Of a stretch of DNA of 56,834 nucleotides, positions 1 through 9,587 are shown piece by piece (the stretch's first letter is position 1; each line of letters starts with the position of its first letter). The notes beneath the pieces were generated by a model. The model searched no databases, was not told the DNA's origin, and was given only the letters and a program-made list of their open reading frames with translations. Origin of the DNA: an uncultured cyanobacterium (GTDB lineage Bacteria > Cyanobacteriota > Cyanobacteriia > Leptolyngbyales > Leptolyngbyaceae); NCBI GenBank assembly GCA_963766075.1, contig CAVYAN010000081.1, positions 1 through 56,834 of the forward strand, in the 5' to 3' direction. The translations under genes and the position numbers were made by a program.

Positions 1-8
1 CACTTTGC

Positions 9-380
9 TTGGGACTGACTACATTGAGCGTTCAGCATTCCCAGAATCCAATGATTTGTGAGCCATTTCCACAATGCCGGGTTGCTTCACTGCCTGATAA
101 GACTACTCCGTCAACGCCAAGGGAAGCAGAGGGACAGAATCCAAAGCCTACCCCTACCCCTGACCCGCCAATTACACCATCGAAATGCAACAAAAAGTTT
201 ATCCCTATTGCTACTGGGACTGGTAGTGGTGTCGTGGCTGGGGCAGGTACTTCGGCATTAGTAAGTGCAGGTGTGATTCCAGCCGTTGGTGGGGCAGTCG
301 TAGCCGCACCGATTACGGTTACGGTTGCTGTCGGAATATTGGTTTTTCTCGTGGTTAGAAGTTTGACTGGAGCCTGTTGA
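9..380 (+). CDS. Small hypothetical protein with Pro-rich linker and Gly/Ala/Val-rich hydrophobic C-terminus; probably 5'-truncated
   Basis: Frame is open to the window start; PKPTPTPDPP linker followed by GTGSGVVAGAGTSALVSAGVIPAVGGAVVAAPITVTVAVGILVFLVV. Confidence 0.55.
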   Translation: MGLTTLSVQHSQNPMICEPFPQCRVASLPDKTTPSTPREAEGQNPKPTPTPDPPITPSKCNKKFIPIATGTGSGVVAGAGTSALVSAGVIPAVGGAVVAAPITVTVAVGILVFLVVRSLTGAC

Positions 381-425
381 GTTGGTGTAACCGTTTGTAG
401 ATGTTGAGCGTTAAAAGTATTGAAC

Positions 426-752
426 ATGGAAACCCAGTCTGAGTCAAAGAACATGGAATCGCAGCCTGAATCAAAGACTCCCTTGTTGCAGCAGCCCTTA
501 ATTAAAGGATTGGCTGGCGGGTTATTAGTTATCGCTGGCATTGCTGCCATTCTTCTGTTTACACGCGGTAGCCAGTTTTGTTTTTTCAGTATCGGTAGTT
601 GTACCCAAATTACTCCTGATTCTCCCGTTGTGCCAATCGTCATAGCAGCAACGGCAGCGGCAGTTTTGATCGTGATCATTGAAGCGCCTGTTGTGGTAGC
701 AGTTGGAGTCGCAATCGTGCTTGGATTGATCTCTGGGCAATTCTTAGGTTAA
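426..752 (+). CDS. Small multi-TM hypothetical membrane protein
   Basis: ATG at 426; about three hydrophobic segments; N-terminal duplication METQSESK/MESQPESK. Confidence 0.6.
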   Translation: METQSESKNMESQPESKTPLLQQPLIKGLAGGLLVIAGIAAILLFTRGSQFCFFSIGSCTQITPDSPVVPIVIAATAAAVLIVIIEAPVVVAVGVAIVLGLISGQFLG

Positions 753-775
753 AAAATAATAGATGCTGCAATGTC

Positions 776-2206
776 ATGATTGAATTACACAATATCTCAA
801 AAAGCTTTGACCAGCGTGAAGTGCTGAGTGATCTTAGCCTGACAATTCAGCCTGGTGAAGTTGTTCTTTTCAAAGGGGAGAATGGTTCTGGAAAAACGAC
901 TTTACTTAATATCATTCTAGGTCTCCTGAAGCCAGATCGAGGAAAGTAAAGTTGTGTGGCAGTTCACCACAAGATCCAGACTCTAAAACTCACGTGGGTG
1001 TCATGCTTCAAAAAGTAGAGGTTCCCAGAAACTTAAAAGTCAGCAGAACTAATCAGCTTAATGCGAAGCTACTACCCTAATCCTCTATCAACCGAAGAAA
1101 TTCTTGATAAGGTTGGATCTAAGAAGGAGAGCAATAATTGGGCTTACGGTGGTTTGAGCTATCTGGCAGAGAAGAAAGGTTTGATCTTGGGATTGCCGTT
1201 GCAGGTAATCCTAAACTTTTGATTTTGGATGAACCAACTGTGGCTTAGACGAGAAAGGGCGCAAAGAGTTTTGGCAAACTTTGAGGCATTGTATCGTTAA
1301 AGGTGTAGCAGATTTAATTGTCACTCATAACCCTTCGGATTGGCAAGAGCTTGAACGATTGCAACGCGCTCGATTGCATACAAGAAGGTCAATTGCTAGA
1401 AAAGACTTTAACTAAAGGTAGTACAGAAGATCATCAAGGAGCTTCTGTACAAGCAGGAATCAACCATTTCCATGCAACCAGTCGCAAAAGTGGTCAAAGA
1501 TGTTTATGGCACATATTCGAGACAGAGTTACTACAATTAATTCGGACTCCGACATACCTGGTTGGTATTGCGATATTCTGTATCATTACCTCTCTTATCT
1601 CCAATCCACAATATGGTGCATTAGGCTTAGTCTTTTGTGGAGGGCTGGCTGTATTAACGTTTCGCTCTTGAGCGGGTTGGTAAACAAATTGCACTTGAGC
1701 GAGTAGAGGGTTGGCTGAAATTATTGCGCGTTACACCACTGCAACCGACAGCATATCTTACTGCAAAGCTAGCAGTATCGTTATTGGTTCTGGCAATTGT
1801 ATTAATGTTGGTTCTTAGCTTATCGGTGCCTCAAGAAGCTGGCGGAGCCGTTACACTTCGGAAATCAATTTGCTCTATTCATTAGCTTATTGATTGGAGT
1901 AATTCCATTTGCAATTGCAGGTTCAGCGATGGGTTATCTGGTTAAACCAAAGAGCCTTGATCAAATTGCTGGTATTATTAATTCCAGTTGCTTTGTTTAC
2001 TTGTGGTTTACCAATTCCCGGATTGCCTAAGGATATTGTGGCACTTTCTCCCTTCTATCACTTTGGTCAATTTGCTCTCTGGTCAATTGGTTCAAAATAC
2101 TATGACGATCATTTACTGATGACACATACTTTGGCTAATGACTGCCGGAGGTGCTTTTAGTATGCTGGCTGTTTGGGCATATCAACGTGATGATGTACTT
2201 CAGTAG
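776..2206 (+). pseudogene. ABC-2 type exporter with ATPase apparently fused to permease; multiple frameshifts
   Basis: Manual translation: MIELHNISKSF...GENGSGKTT (Walker A), stop at 947-949, then GVMLQ (Q-loop), NPKLLILDEPT (Walker B), VTHN, followed by permease segments IFETELLQLIRTP, ERVEGWLKLLRVTPL, WAYQRD*. Confidence 0.75.
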
Positions 2207-2218
2207 AGGTTATATTAA

Positions 2219-2423
2219 CTTGAGTGTTATGAACTTCTGTAGCCCTTTTCAGATAAGGGTTTCAAGCACTTTTTGAGCAAAAGAACGGCTATTTTCCCTC
2301 TCACTCGGTGCCTGAAACCTGCATTCTACCGTTCGATATCGGCAAAATCTGGAATTTACAACTCTCATTACCTGGGCGGAAAGCCTTACCCTGCAACGGG
2401 ATTGTAAGTTCACAACACTCAAG
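2219..2423. mobile_element. MITE-like non-autonomous element, 205 bp
   Basis: Terminal inverted repeats CTTGAGTGTTATGAACTT / AAGTTCACAACACTCAAG (17/18 match); 6-bp direct repeat TATTAA at 2213-2218 and 2424-2429; no ORF. Confidence 0.8.
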
Positions 2424-2509
2424 TATTAATTGATGGCAAAAGAGGAATGGCTATTATGGCTGATTCGTATAATCAGGAAGCGCTACAGGAAATCCTCGAG
2501 ATCGCAATG

Positions 2510-2567
2510 GCGTTAGACGTAACGCATCAATCTCCGGAGGCGATGCGTTACGTCTAACGCATCCTAC
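2510..2567. repeat. REP-like palindrome
   Basis: Perfect 19-bp inverted repeat GCGTTAGACGTAACGCATC (2510-2528) / GATGCGTTACGTCTAACGC (2542-2560), followed by ATCCTAC (GTAGGAT on the minus strand). Confidence 0.65.
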
Positions 2568-2795
2568 GCAAGAATTACAGGTTATTTAATCCACGATCCT
2601 AATTCATTTTGTGTTGCTCAGAGACGTCTTGCAAAGTGGCGATCTCGTGCCGATGGAGCGCGATCGCCTGCTGCATGGCTTACTGGCCATGATCATTCCC
2701 GGTGCTCATTCCCAACCGAGTTTCCCGCCCATGACCCGTCAGCCCTGACAGACACAGACTTCTGCCTGAACCAATTAGCGATCCCAAGACTCAGG

Positions 2796-3449
2796 TTAGT
2801 CCCTCCGGAAGTTCCGGGCAACGTCTGCCAGGGTTTCTTCTGCGCCTTTTTCCCGCCGTTCGCTGTAGCGATCGGTGAGGTAATCCCTGTGTTGCCGCAG
2901 CAGCAGCGTGAATTTGTAGAGTTCTTCCATCACATCAATCACGCGATCGCGATAGGCTGAGTCCTTCATGGTGCCGTCTTCATGAAACTCTTGATAGGCT
3001 TTCGCCACTGAGGACTGGTTAGGAATCGTAAACATCCGCATCCAGCGCCCCAGAATTCGCAGGGTATTAACGGCATTGAAGGACTGGGAACCGCCACTGA
3101 CCTGCATCACGGCTAAGGTTCTGCCTTGGGTGGGTCGGACGGCCCCAATACTGAGGGGAATCCAATCGATTTGGTTTTTCATGACACCCGAAATTTGACC
3201 GTGCATTTCCGGGCTGGACCAAACCTGGCCCTCTGACCACTGGCTCAGGGCCCGCAACTCCTGCACCTTGGGATGGCTATCCGGCACACTGCCATAGATT
3301 GGCAACTCCCGAGGGTCAAAAAACTGGACCTCTGCACCAAAAGCGTGAATAATTCGGGCGGCTTCCTCCGCCAAGAGGCGACTGTAGGAGCGTTCTCGCA
3401 GGGAGCCGTACAAAAACAAAATGCGGGGAGAGTGATCAAAGGGGGGCAT
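2796..3449 (-). CDS. arsH: Arsenical resistance protein ArsH (NADPH-dependent FMN reductase family)
   Basis: [42 protein letters not shown] motifs; alternative start at 3470. Confidence 0.95.
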   Translation of the reverse strand: MPPFDHSPRILFLYGSLRERSYSRLLAEEAARIIHAFGAEVQFFDPRELPIYGSVPDSHPKVQELRALSQWSEGQVWSSPEMHGQISGVMKNQIDWIPLSIGAVRPTQGRTLAVMQVSGGSQSFNAVNTLRILGRWMRMFTIPNQSSVAKAYQEFHEDGTMKDSAYRDRVIDVMEELYKFTLLLRQHRDYLTDRYSERREKGAEETLADVARNFRRD

Positions 3450-3576
3450 AGCCGTATTCAGTCCTGCCATATTCAGCTCTAGGGTTAACACACAATCCGG
3501 TTTGACAGCAAGCACCCGGTTCAGGCGCTTGCGAGTCCGGCGCTAGTGATTCAATGGGCGGACTGCTGCCGGATTT

Positions 3577-4110
3577 TCAACCCGGATCAGTTTGAGCGGG
3601 CGATTGGCAGTGCTCTTTCGGGTGCTCAGTGAACCGGCTCGCTTGCGTCTGTTCAGCTCCGGCGAGCATTTGCAAAAAGGTGATTTGGGCCTGCCGCAAT
3701 TCAAGATCGGGGTTTGAGATCGCGAGGGTTTGCATAGCCTCGTCATAGGAACAACCTGACAGAATCAAGTATGCCGCCAGCATTGTTCCGGTACGCCGTT
3801 TGCCATTCGTGCAATGAATCGCAACCCCACACCCCAAGCGGTTTTGTTGCTCAATAAAAGCGTGCATATCATGAATTTGTTCTGGGCTAGGTACCGTGCC
3901 GCCTTTGATGGGTAGCCACAGGTAAGGAATACCCACCCGCTCATACACATCTAAATTCGAGGGGTCGTCCAACACAGAGACGATCGCACCCACCCCCACT
4001 GTTGCCAATTCGGCGAGTTCCGCGGCGGTTGGCTTGCGCACCCCTGCCAATTTTCCGGGAAGCACCCACCACACATTCTCAGCAATCGGTTGGGTCAGGT
4101 TTGGCTCCAT
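3577..4110 (-). CDS. Dual-specificity/protein-tyrosine phosphatase family protein within the ars cluster
   Basis: P-loop HCTNGKRRTG (CX5R); WWVLPGKLAG start typical of small bacterial DSPs. Confidence 0.85.
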   Translation of the reverse strand: MEPNLTQPIAENVWWVLPGKLAGVRKPTAAELAELATVGVGAIVSVLDDPSNLDVYERVGIPYLWLPIKGGTVPSPEQIHDMHAFIEQQNRLGCGVAIHCTNGKRRTGTMLAAYLILSGCSYDEAMQTLAISNPDLELRQAQITFLQMLAGAEQTQASRFTEHPKEHCQSPAQTDPG

Positions 4111-4120
4111 GGGTTTATGC

Positions 4121-5191
4121 CTACCGCAACAGAGGTTGCGTTACGTTCTCCGGGAAATAGCGTTTCTGGAGCCAGAACGCCACGTTCACAAGACTAATTA
4201 GTACGGGGACTTCCACAAGGGGACCCACCACAGCCGCAAAGGCGGCACCCGAATTAATGCCAAATACTGAAATCGCCACAGCGATCGCCAGCTCAAAATT
4301 GTTTCCAGCCGCTGTAAACGCCACACTGGCAGCCTGGGCATAATTCGCCTTCAGACGCCACGCCATGTAAAAACTACCCAAAAACATCAGCACGAAATAG
4401 AGAATCATCGGAATGGCGATCCGCACAACGTCCAGCGGAATCTGCACAATCAAATTTCCCTTCAAGCTAAACATCACAGCGATCGTGAACAGCAAGGCAA
4501 TCAATGTGATGGGGCTAATTCTCGGCACAAAGACTTCCTGATACCAGCCTTTTCCCTTCGCCTTGACTAAAAAATAGCGCGTCAAAAATCCCGCAAGAAA
4601 GGGAATGCCAAGATAGATCGAAACACTTTGCGCAATCTCCGCAATGCTCACATTCACCAAACTGCCCCGTAAACCAAAGAGAGGCGGCAAAATGGTAATA
4701 AAAAACCAGGCATAAATGCTATAGAAAAACACTTGAAAAAGACTGTTGAACGCCACCAGTCCAGCCGTAAATTCAGTGTCTCCCTTAGCTAGCTCACTCC
4801 ATACAATCACCATTGCAATACAAGGAGCAATGCCTACCAGGATTAGGCCCGTCATATAGTCTGGGTAATCATGCAGAAAAAGAATGGCGAGTGTAAACAT
4901 TAGCACCGGGGCAATCACCCACGTCTGCAAAAGAGACAGCGCCAGAATTCTGCCATTATGAACAATATCCCCTAACTCCTCATAGCGTACTTTTGCGAGA
5001 GGTGGATACATCATCAAAATCAACCCAATGGCAATGGGAACATTGGTTGTACCGACCTGAAACTGACTAATAAAGGTTTCTAATCCGGGGAAAAAATAAC
5101 CTAAAGCCACTCCAATCGCCATGGTGAGAAAAATCCACACCGTTAGGAAGCGGTCCAGGAATGAGAGCTGTTTTACAGTGGCTTTTTTCAT
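4121..5191 (-). CDS. acr3: ACR3 family arsenite efflux permease
   Basis: [51 protein letters not shown] motifs. Confidence 0.95.
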   Translation of the reverse strand: MKKATVKQLSFLDRFLTVWIFLTMAIGVALGYFFPGLETFISQFQVGTTNVPIAIGLILMMYPPLAKVRYEELGDIVHNGRILALSLLQTWVIAPVLMFTLAILFLHDYPDYMTGLILVGIAPCIAMVIVWSELAKGDTEFTAGLVAFNSLFQVFFYSIYAWFFITILPPLFGLRGSLVNVSIAEIAQSVSIYLGIPFLAGFLTRYFLVKAKGKGWYQEVFVPRISPITLIALLFTIAVMFSLKGNLIVQIPLDVVRIAIPMILYFVLMFLGSFYMAWRLKANYAQAASVAFTAAGNNFELAIAVAISVFGINSGAAFAAVVGPLVEVPVLISLVNVAFWLQKRYFPENVTQPLLR

Positions 5192-5246
5192 CACAGGTTT
5201 AGTGGGTTAGCCCTCAGTTTAACGAGTAATCCGGTCGTTTAACAGA

Positions 5247-6500
5247 TTAATCTCCGTCTCCGGCTTTCCAGGCGATCGCCTTGCTGGGCTGTGGATTAGG
5301 AAGCTTTGTGGAAATGGCACTCGCTGCCAATACCAACGCCGTTGATACCCACAGGCAACCTACCAATCCAAAGAATTGATAGACCAACCCTGAAAGCACC
5401 GTACCCGCCAGTCGTCCTCCCGAGTTTGCCATGTAATAGAAGCCCACATTCAGCGCAACCTGATCGTCATCGGTAAACGCCAGCACGAGGTAGGAATGCA
5501 CGGCGGAGTTGAAGGCAAACACCAACCCAAAAACCGCCAGTCCCACGACAATCACACCATTGGGCGGCGCACCGCTTTGGAGCGCGATCGCGATCGCGGC
5601 GGGCACCCCTGTTAAGGTCAATGTCCAAAACTGAATCGTTTTTGCCTGCGGGGGCTGGCCAGAGCCAAACCGTTGCAGGATAGCTGGCGCTGAGAACTGC
5701 ACAATCCCATAGCCAATCACCCAGCATGCCAGAAAGCCACCCACTTGATAGAACGACCAGCCTAATCCGCTCCGCAGAAAAACGGGCAGTCCGACCACGA
5801 ACCACACATCTCGGGAGCCGAACAGAAAAAACCGAGCCGCCGAAAGAATGTTGATTTCTGGGCTTTTGGAAAAGAGCTGTGTAAACTTGACCTTGGCCTT
5901 GATTTTGCCCATACCCTGGGGCAAAGATAACCCCGTAAACATCAGCAGAAACAGGCACCCGGCCATGATACGTAGCGCACCAACAAACCCAACTGAAGCT
6001 AAGAGTGCCGCCCCGACAAAGAACCCGATCCCCTTCAGCGCATTCTTAGACCCCGTCAACACGGCTACCCATTTAAAAAGGGATGATTGAGACTCCTGCG
6101 GCACCACCAACCGAATCGCACTCTTAGAACTCATTTTGGTGAGATCTTTAGCAACACCCGAAAAAGCCTGAGCCACCATCACATAGCCCACAGCCAGCCA
6201 CTGCGGCCAATCCGGGTTGAGAAAAGACAGCATAACGAGAGCCAAGACCTGTAGTCCAATGCCGCTGTAGAGCGTTACTTTTAGCCCAAGCTGAGAGCCG
6301 ATCCAGCCGCCTAAGAAATTGGTAACGACACCAAAGATCTCATAGAACAGAAACAAAGAGGCAATTTGGATCGGAGTATAGCCAATGTTATTAAAATACA
6401 GCAGCACTAACAGGCGCAGAGCCCCATCTGTAATAGTGAAGCCCCAATAGGCCAACGTAACGAGTGCATAGTTTTTAACATTTGCCGTGGATACAGACAT
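5247..6500 (-). CDS. arsJ: Organoarsenical efflux MFS transporter ArsJ
   Basis: YWGFTITDGALR, SGVAKDLTKMSSKSA, LTGSKNALKG, FLFGSRDVWFVV, VGFYYMAN; adjacent to gap. Confidence 0.93.
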   Translation of the reverse strand: MSVSTANVKNYALVTLAYWGFTITDGALRLLVLLYFNNIGYTPIQIASLFLFYEIFGVVTNFLGGWIGSQLGLKVTLYSGIGLQVLALVMLSFLNPDWPQWLAVGYVMVAQAFSGVAKDLTKMSSKSAIRLVVPQESQSSLFKWVAVLTGSKNALKGIGFFVGAALLASVGFVGALRIMAGCLFLLMFTGLSLPQGMGKIKAKVKFTQLFSKSPEINILSAARFFLFGSRDVWFVVGLPVFLRSGLGWSFYQVGGFLACWVIGYGIVQFSAPAILQRFGSGQPPQAKTIQFWTLTLTGVPAAIAIALQSGAPPNGVIVVGLAVFGLVFAFNSAVHSYLVLAFTDDDQVALNVGFYYMANSGGRLAGTVLSGLVYQFFGLVGCLWVSTALVLAASAISTKLPNPQPSKAIAWKAGDGD

Positions 6501-6617
6501 AAAAAAGCACCGAAATGAGAAGCCTGAAAAATTAAAAATCACCCATCCAAAATCAACGATCCGCTGGCAGCATCTAATCCAGGGAATAAAAATCAAGCAT
6601 CCCCATATCCCGCATTT

Positions 6618-7637
6618 TTAATTTTTAATTATTCCCAAGCGTGCCACCTTCCTGGCCAGGTCTACCATGCGGTTGGCATAGCCCCACTCGTTGTCGTACC
6701 AGGCCAGGATTTTCACTTGGGTTTCATCCACGACCATTGTGGACAGGGCGTCAATAATCGCCGATCGCGGATCATCTTTGTAGTCAATCGAAACGAGGGG
6801 CCGTTCTTCATAGCCAAGGATGCCATTCAACGGGCCATCGGCAGCCGCTTTCAGTAAGGCATTGACTTCAGCCACGGTGGTGGGGCGACTGACTTCAAAC
6901 ACACAGTCCGTCAGCGAAGCGTTCAGTAACGGGACGCGCACCGCTAAGCCATTCAGTCTGCCTTTGAGTTCGGGGTAAATGAGGGCGATCGCGGTCGCCG
7001 AGCCCGTTGTGGTCGGAATCAGCGACAAACTGGAAGCCCGCGCCCGCCGCAAATCCTTGTGGGGCGCATCAACTAGAGTTTGGGTGTTGGTGTTGTCATG
7101 AATTGTGGTGATTACCCCGTGTTTAATCCCCAGACCATCCTGAATCACCTTGACGATGGGAGCCAGACAGTTGGTGGTGCAGGAAGCCGCTGTCAGCAGG
7201 TGATGCTGCGCGGGTTCATACAGGTGATCGTTGATCCCGTAAACCACGTTGAGAGCGCCCGCTTTGACGGGGGCGGCGACAATCACCTTGCCCACGCCCC
7301 GTTTAAAGTAGGGTTCCAGGGTTTCGACGGTACGAAACTTGCCGGAGCATTCCAAGACGAGGTCCACGCCAAGGTCATCCCACGGGACATCGCCGGGTTT
7401 GGCATAGTCACTAAAGCTCAGGCATTGATTCTCAATCCAGATGTGGCCGTCGCGGGCGATCGCCTCCGGGGTCCAGCGCCCATGCACAGAATCAAACGTG
7501 AGCAGATGGGCCGCCGCCTCAGCACCGCCGTTGACTTCATTAATATGGACAAACTCAAGCTCCTCACAGCCCCAAGCCGCGCGTAAGTCCAATCGCCCAA
7601 TCCGGCCAAAGCCATTGATTCCGACCCGAATTGTCAT
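6618..7637 (-). CDS. gap: ArsJ-associated glyceraldehyde-3-phosphate dehydrogenase
   Basis: [28 protein letters not shown]; immediately upstream of arsJ. Confidence 0.93.
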   Translation of the reverse strand: MTIRVGINGFGRIGRLDLRAAWGCEELEFVHINEVNGGAEAAAHLLTFDSVHGRWTPEAIARDGHIWIENQCLSFSDYAKPGDVPWDDLGVDLVLECSGKFRTVETLEPYFKRGVGKVIVAAPVKAGALNVVYGINDHLYEPAQHHLLTAASCTTNCLAPIVKVIQDGLGIKHGVITTIHDNTNTQTLVDAPHKDLRRARASSLSLIPTTTGSATAIALIYPELKGRLNGLAVRVPLLNASLTDCVFEVSRPTTVAEVNALLKAAADGPLNGILGYEERPLVSIDYKDDPRSAIIDALSTMVVDETQVKILAWYDNEWGYANRMVDLARKVARLGIIKN

Positions 7638-7685
7638 TCTGTCTGCCTCTTAAATTAACCTGAACCAACCCGCAACGGCACCAAC

Positions 7686-8813
7686 CTAAAACACCGCTTG
7701 TTTCCGCAACAGTTCGGTAATGGTCAGGTTGGGTTGCGGTACACCCTCAAACACCGTGCCGACCTTGCCCCGAAAGAAATGTATGGAGGTGAGGTGATAG
7801 CCTTCATCAGGCAGCGGAATGTAGCCCACCGTGGGGACAACGGTTTTAGCGGACTTGATGTAGAAATCAACGAATTCTTGTACACCGGGACGCTGTTGAG
7901 CCGAGGCAACGTTGACATAGATAAACAGGGGGCGAGCGTAGGGCTGATATTTTGCCTTTTCCACCGCTTCCCGTGAGGGCAACACCGCTCCCTTCCCGCT
8001 GTTTACAGCCAAAGCCTTGAGACGTTGCTGCTCGCGTTCGTAGTAGGCAAAGCCGAAATAGCCCAACGCATTGGGATTTTTTTCGACCCCTTGCACCAAC
8101 TGATTGTCATCTTCGCTGGCGGTGTAGTCAGTCCGACTCCCCCCATCCTTACCCGTCGTGACCTCGGTAAAATAGTCAAAGGTGCCGGAATCTTTGCCCG
8201 GGCCAAAGAGCTTCAGGGGCTGGTTGGGATACGAAGCACGAACTTGCTGCCAAGTGGTGATTTTGCCTTGGGCGGCGGGTTCCCAGATTTTTTTCAGCTC
8301 TTCGACGGTGATATCTTCGGCCCAGGTGTTTTGCGGATTCACCACAATTGTCAAGGCATCAAAGGCAATGGGCAACTCAATAAACCGAACCCCGGCTTGA
8401 CTACAGGCTGCTAGTTCGGCTTTCAAAATTGGGCGGGAGGCACTGCTGATATCGGTTTCTCCAGCGCAGAATTTTTTGAAGCCACCACCCGTCCCAGAGA
8501 ATTTAGAGCCAATAGTGACGGCCTTGCCCGCTTGGGTGTCTTGGTAGGCTTTAACGATCGCCTCGGTAATCGGGAATACCGTACTGGATCCATCAATTTG
8601 AATTCCGGCAGCCGTGGGCATGAGGGGTGCCACTTCTTGCGGGGTGGCGCTTGCTGCTGCCGTTGCAGAGGGCGGCGGGCTGGTCACCGAGCTAGGACTG
8701 CTGCAAGCACCCAGAGCGATCGCGGTGATCGCTCCGGTTAGGGTAGTCAGTCGTCCGCCCAGCCTGACACGGAACGGGGTAATCATAAATTGAACGGGAG
8801 TATTTGACAGCAT
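7686..8813 (-). CDS. pstS: PstS/SphX-family phosphate-binding lipoprotein, first gene downstream of the ars operator
   Basis: Lipobox [41 protein letters not shown]; start at 8813 or 8786. Confidence 0.88.
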   Translation of the reverse strand: MLSNTPVQFMITPFRVRLGGRLTTLTGAITAIALGACSSPSSVTSPPPSATAAASATPQEVAPLMPTAAGIQIDGSSTVFPITEAIVKAYQDTQAGKAVTIGSKFSGTGGGFKKFCAGETDISSASRPILKAELAACSQAGVRFIELPIAFDALTIVVNPQNTWAEDITVEELKKIWEPAAQGKITTWQQVRASYPNQPLKLFGPGKDSGTFDYFTEVTTGKDGGSRTDYTASEDDNQLVQGVEKNPNALGYFGFAYYEREQQRLKALAVNSGKGAVLPSREAVEKAKYQPYARPLFIYVNVASAQQRPGVQEFVDFYIKSAKTVVPTVGYIPLPDEGYHLTSIHFFRGKVGTVFEGVPQPNLTITELLRKQAVF

Positions 8814-8930
8814 AACCACAATTCCCTGATCGAATGAATGTGAAATGGAGCGTGTGAAATGGAGCGCGGGCGGCGGCGTTAGCAGTGCGCCAGCCCGTGG
8901 CTCAACCGCTAGTTCCTGTGACAGCAACCC

Positions 8931-9004
8931 AATGCCAACCGAATGCAACCGAATACCAACCGAATACCAACCGAATACCAACCGAATACCAACCGAATAC
9001 CAAC
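8931..9004. repeat. 11-bp tandem repeat (GAATACCAACC) x about 5 plus 2 degenerate copies
   Basis: Units start at 8951, 8962, 8973, 8984 and 8995. Confidence 0.9.
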
Positions 9005-9064
9005 AAATATCAATAACCCATGGTCGTTGCAGGTGCGGGTCTACGCAATGTGCAACCTTACCAT

Positions 9065-9090
9065 CATTTCAAAAAAAATTGATATGTCAA
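9065..9090 (-). promoter_or_regulatory. ArsR operator adjoining a TTGACA -35 element
   Basis: TTCAA-N6-TTGAT at 9068-9083 resembles the cyanobacterial ArsR site ATCAA-N6-TTGAT; the minus strand reads TTGACA at 9090-9085. Confidence 0.7.
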
Positions 9091-9139
9091 GTCATCCAGA
9101 GCACGTTGGCGTTAAATAATATTAAGAAAACTTGATGGG

Positions 9140-9472
9140 TTACGTGTCGTCGCGACAAATCCGGGCGGGCATGATGGGGCTAAAGCGGCGGAATTCGGCC
9201 AAGCACTGTTCTAAGGCCGCAATTTGCGGCAAGTTCAGACTGTAGTAAATCCAGCGCCCCTCTTGGCGCGATCGCACCAATTGCGCTTCCTTCAGGGTTT
9301 TCAAATGAAACGATAGCTTAGACTGGGAAACTTCCAAGGCCGTACACAGATCACAAACACACAGTTCTTCCTGCCGCAGCAGCTCAATCACTTGCAACCG
9401 CAGCGGATCAGACAGCGCATGAAAACCTGCAACAACGAGCTGAGACAGAAGCGATGAGGTGTTTTGGATCAA
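9140..9472 (-). CDS. arsR: ArsR/SmtB As(III)-responsive repressor
   Basis: ALSDPLRL, ELCVCDLC metal site, SQSKLSFHLKTL, GRWIYYSL; TTG start. Confidence 0.92.
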   Translation of the reverse strand: MIQNTSSLLSQLVVAGFHALSDPLRLQVIELLRQEELCVCDLCTALEVSQSKLSFHLKTLKEAQLVRSRQEGRWIYYSLNLPQIAALEQCLAEFRRFSPIMPARICRDDT

Positions 9473-9587
9473 AATGCAAAACCAAGACGTGAAAGGCTTG
9501 CTGATATATTAGCCCACCCATTTTGGCTTGTGGCCTCCATGGAGGCTCGATCATAGAACCAGGTGCCTGGGGCTAAATCGGCGGCGC

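Noticed and set aside
32..679. 215-aa minus-strand ORF and many other antisense or overlapping ORFs in the track
   Set aside because: These are shadows of better-supported genes on the opposite strand or frame, with no recognisable motifs.
8931..9004. Possible CRISPR array
   Set aside because: Head-to-tail 11-mers without spacers; the same applies to 29247-29324; no cas genes in the window.
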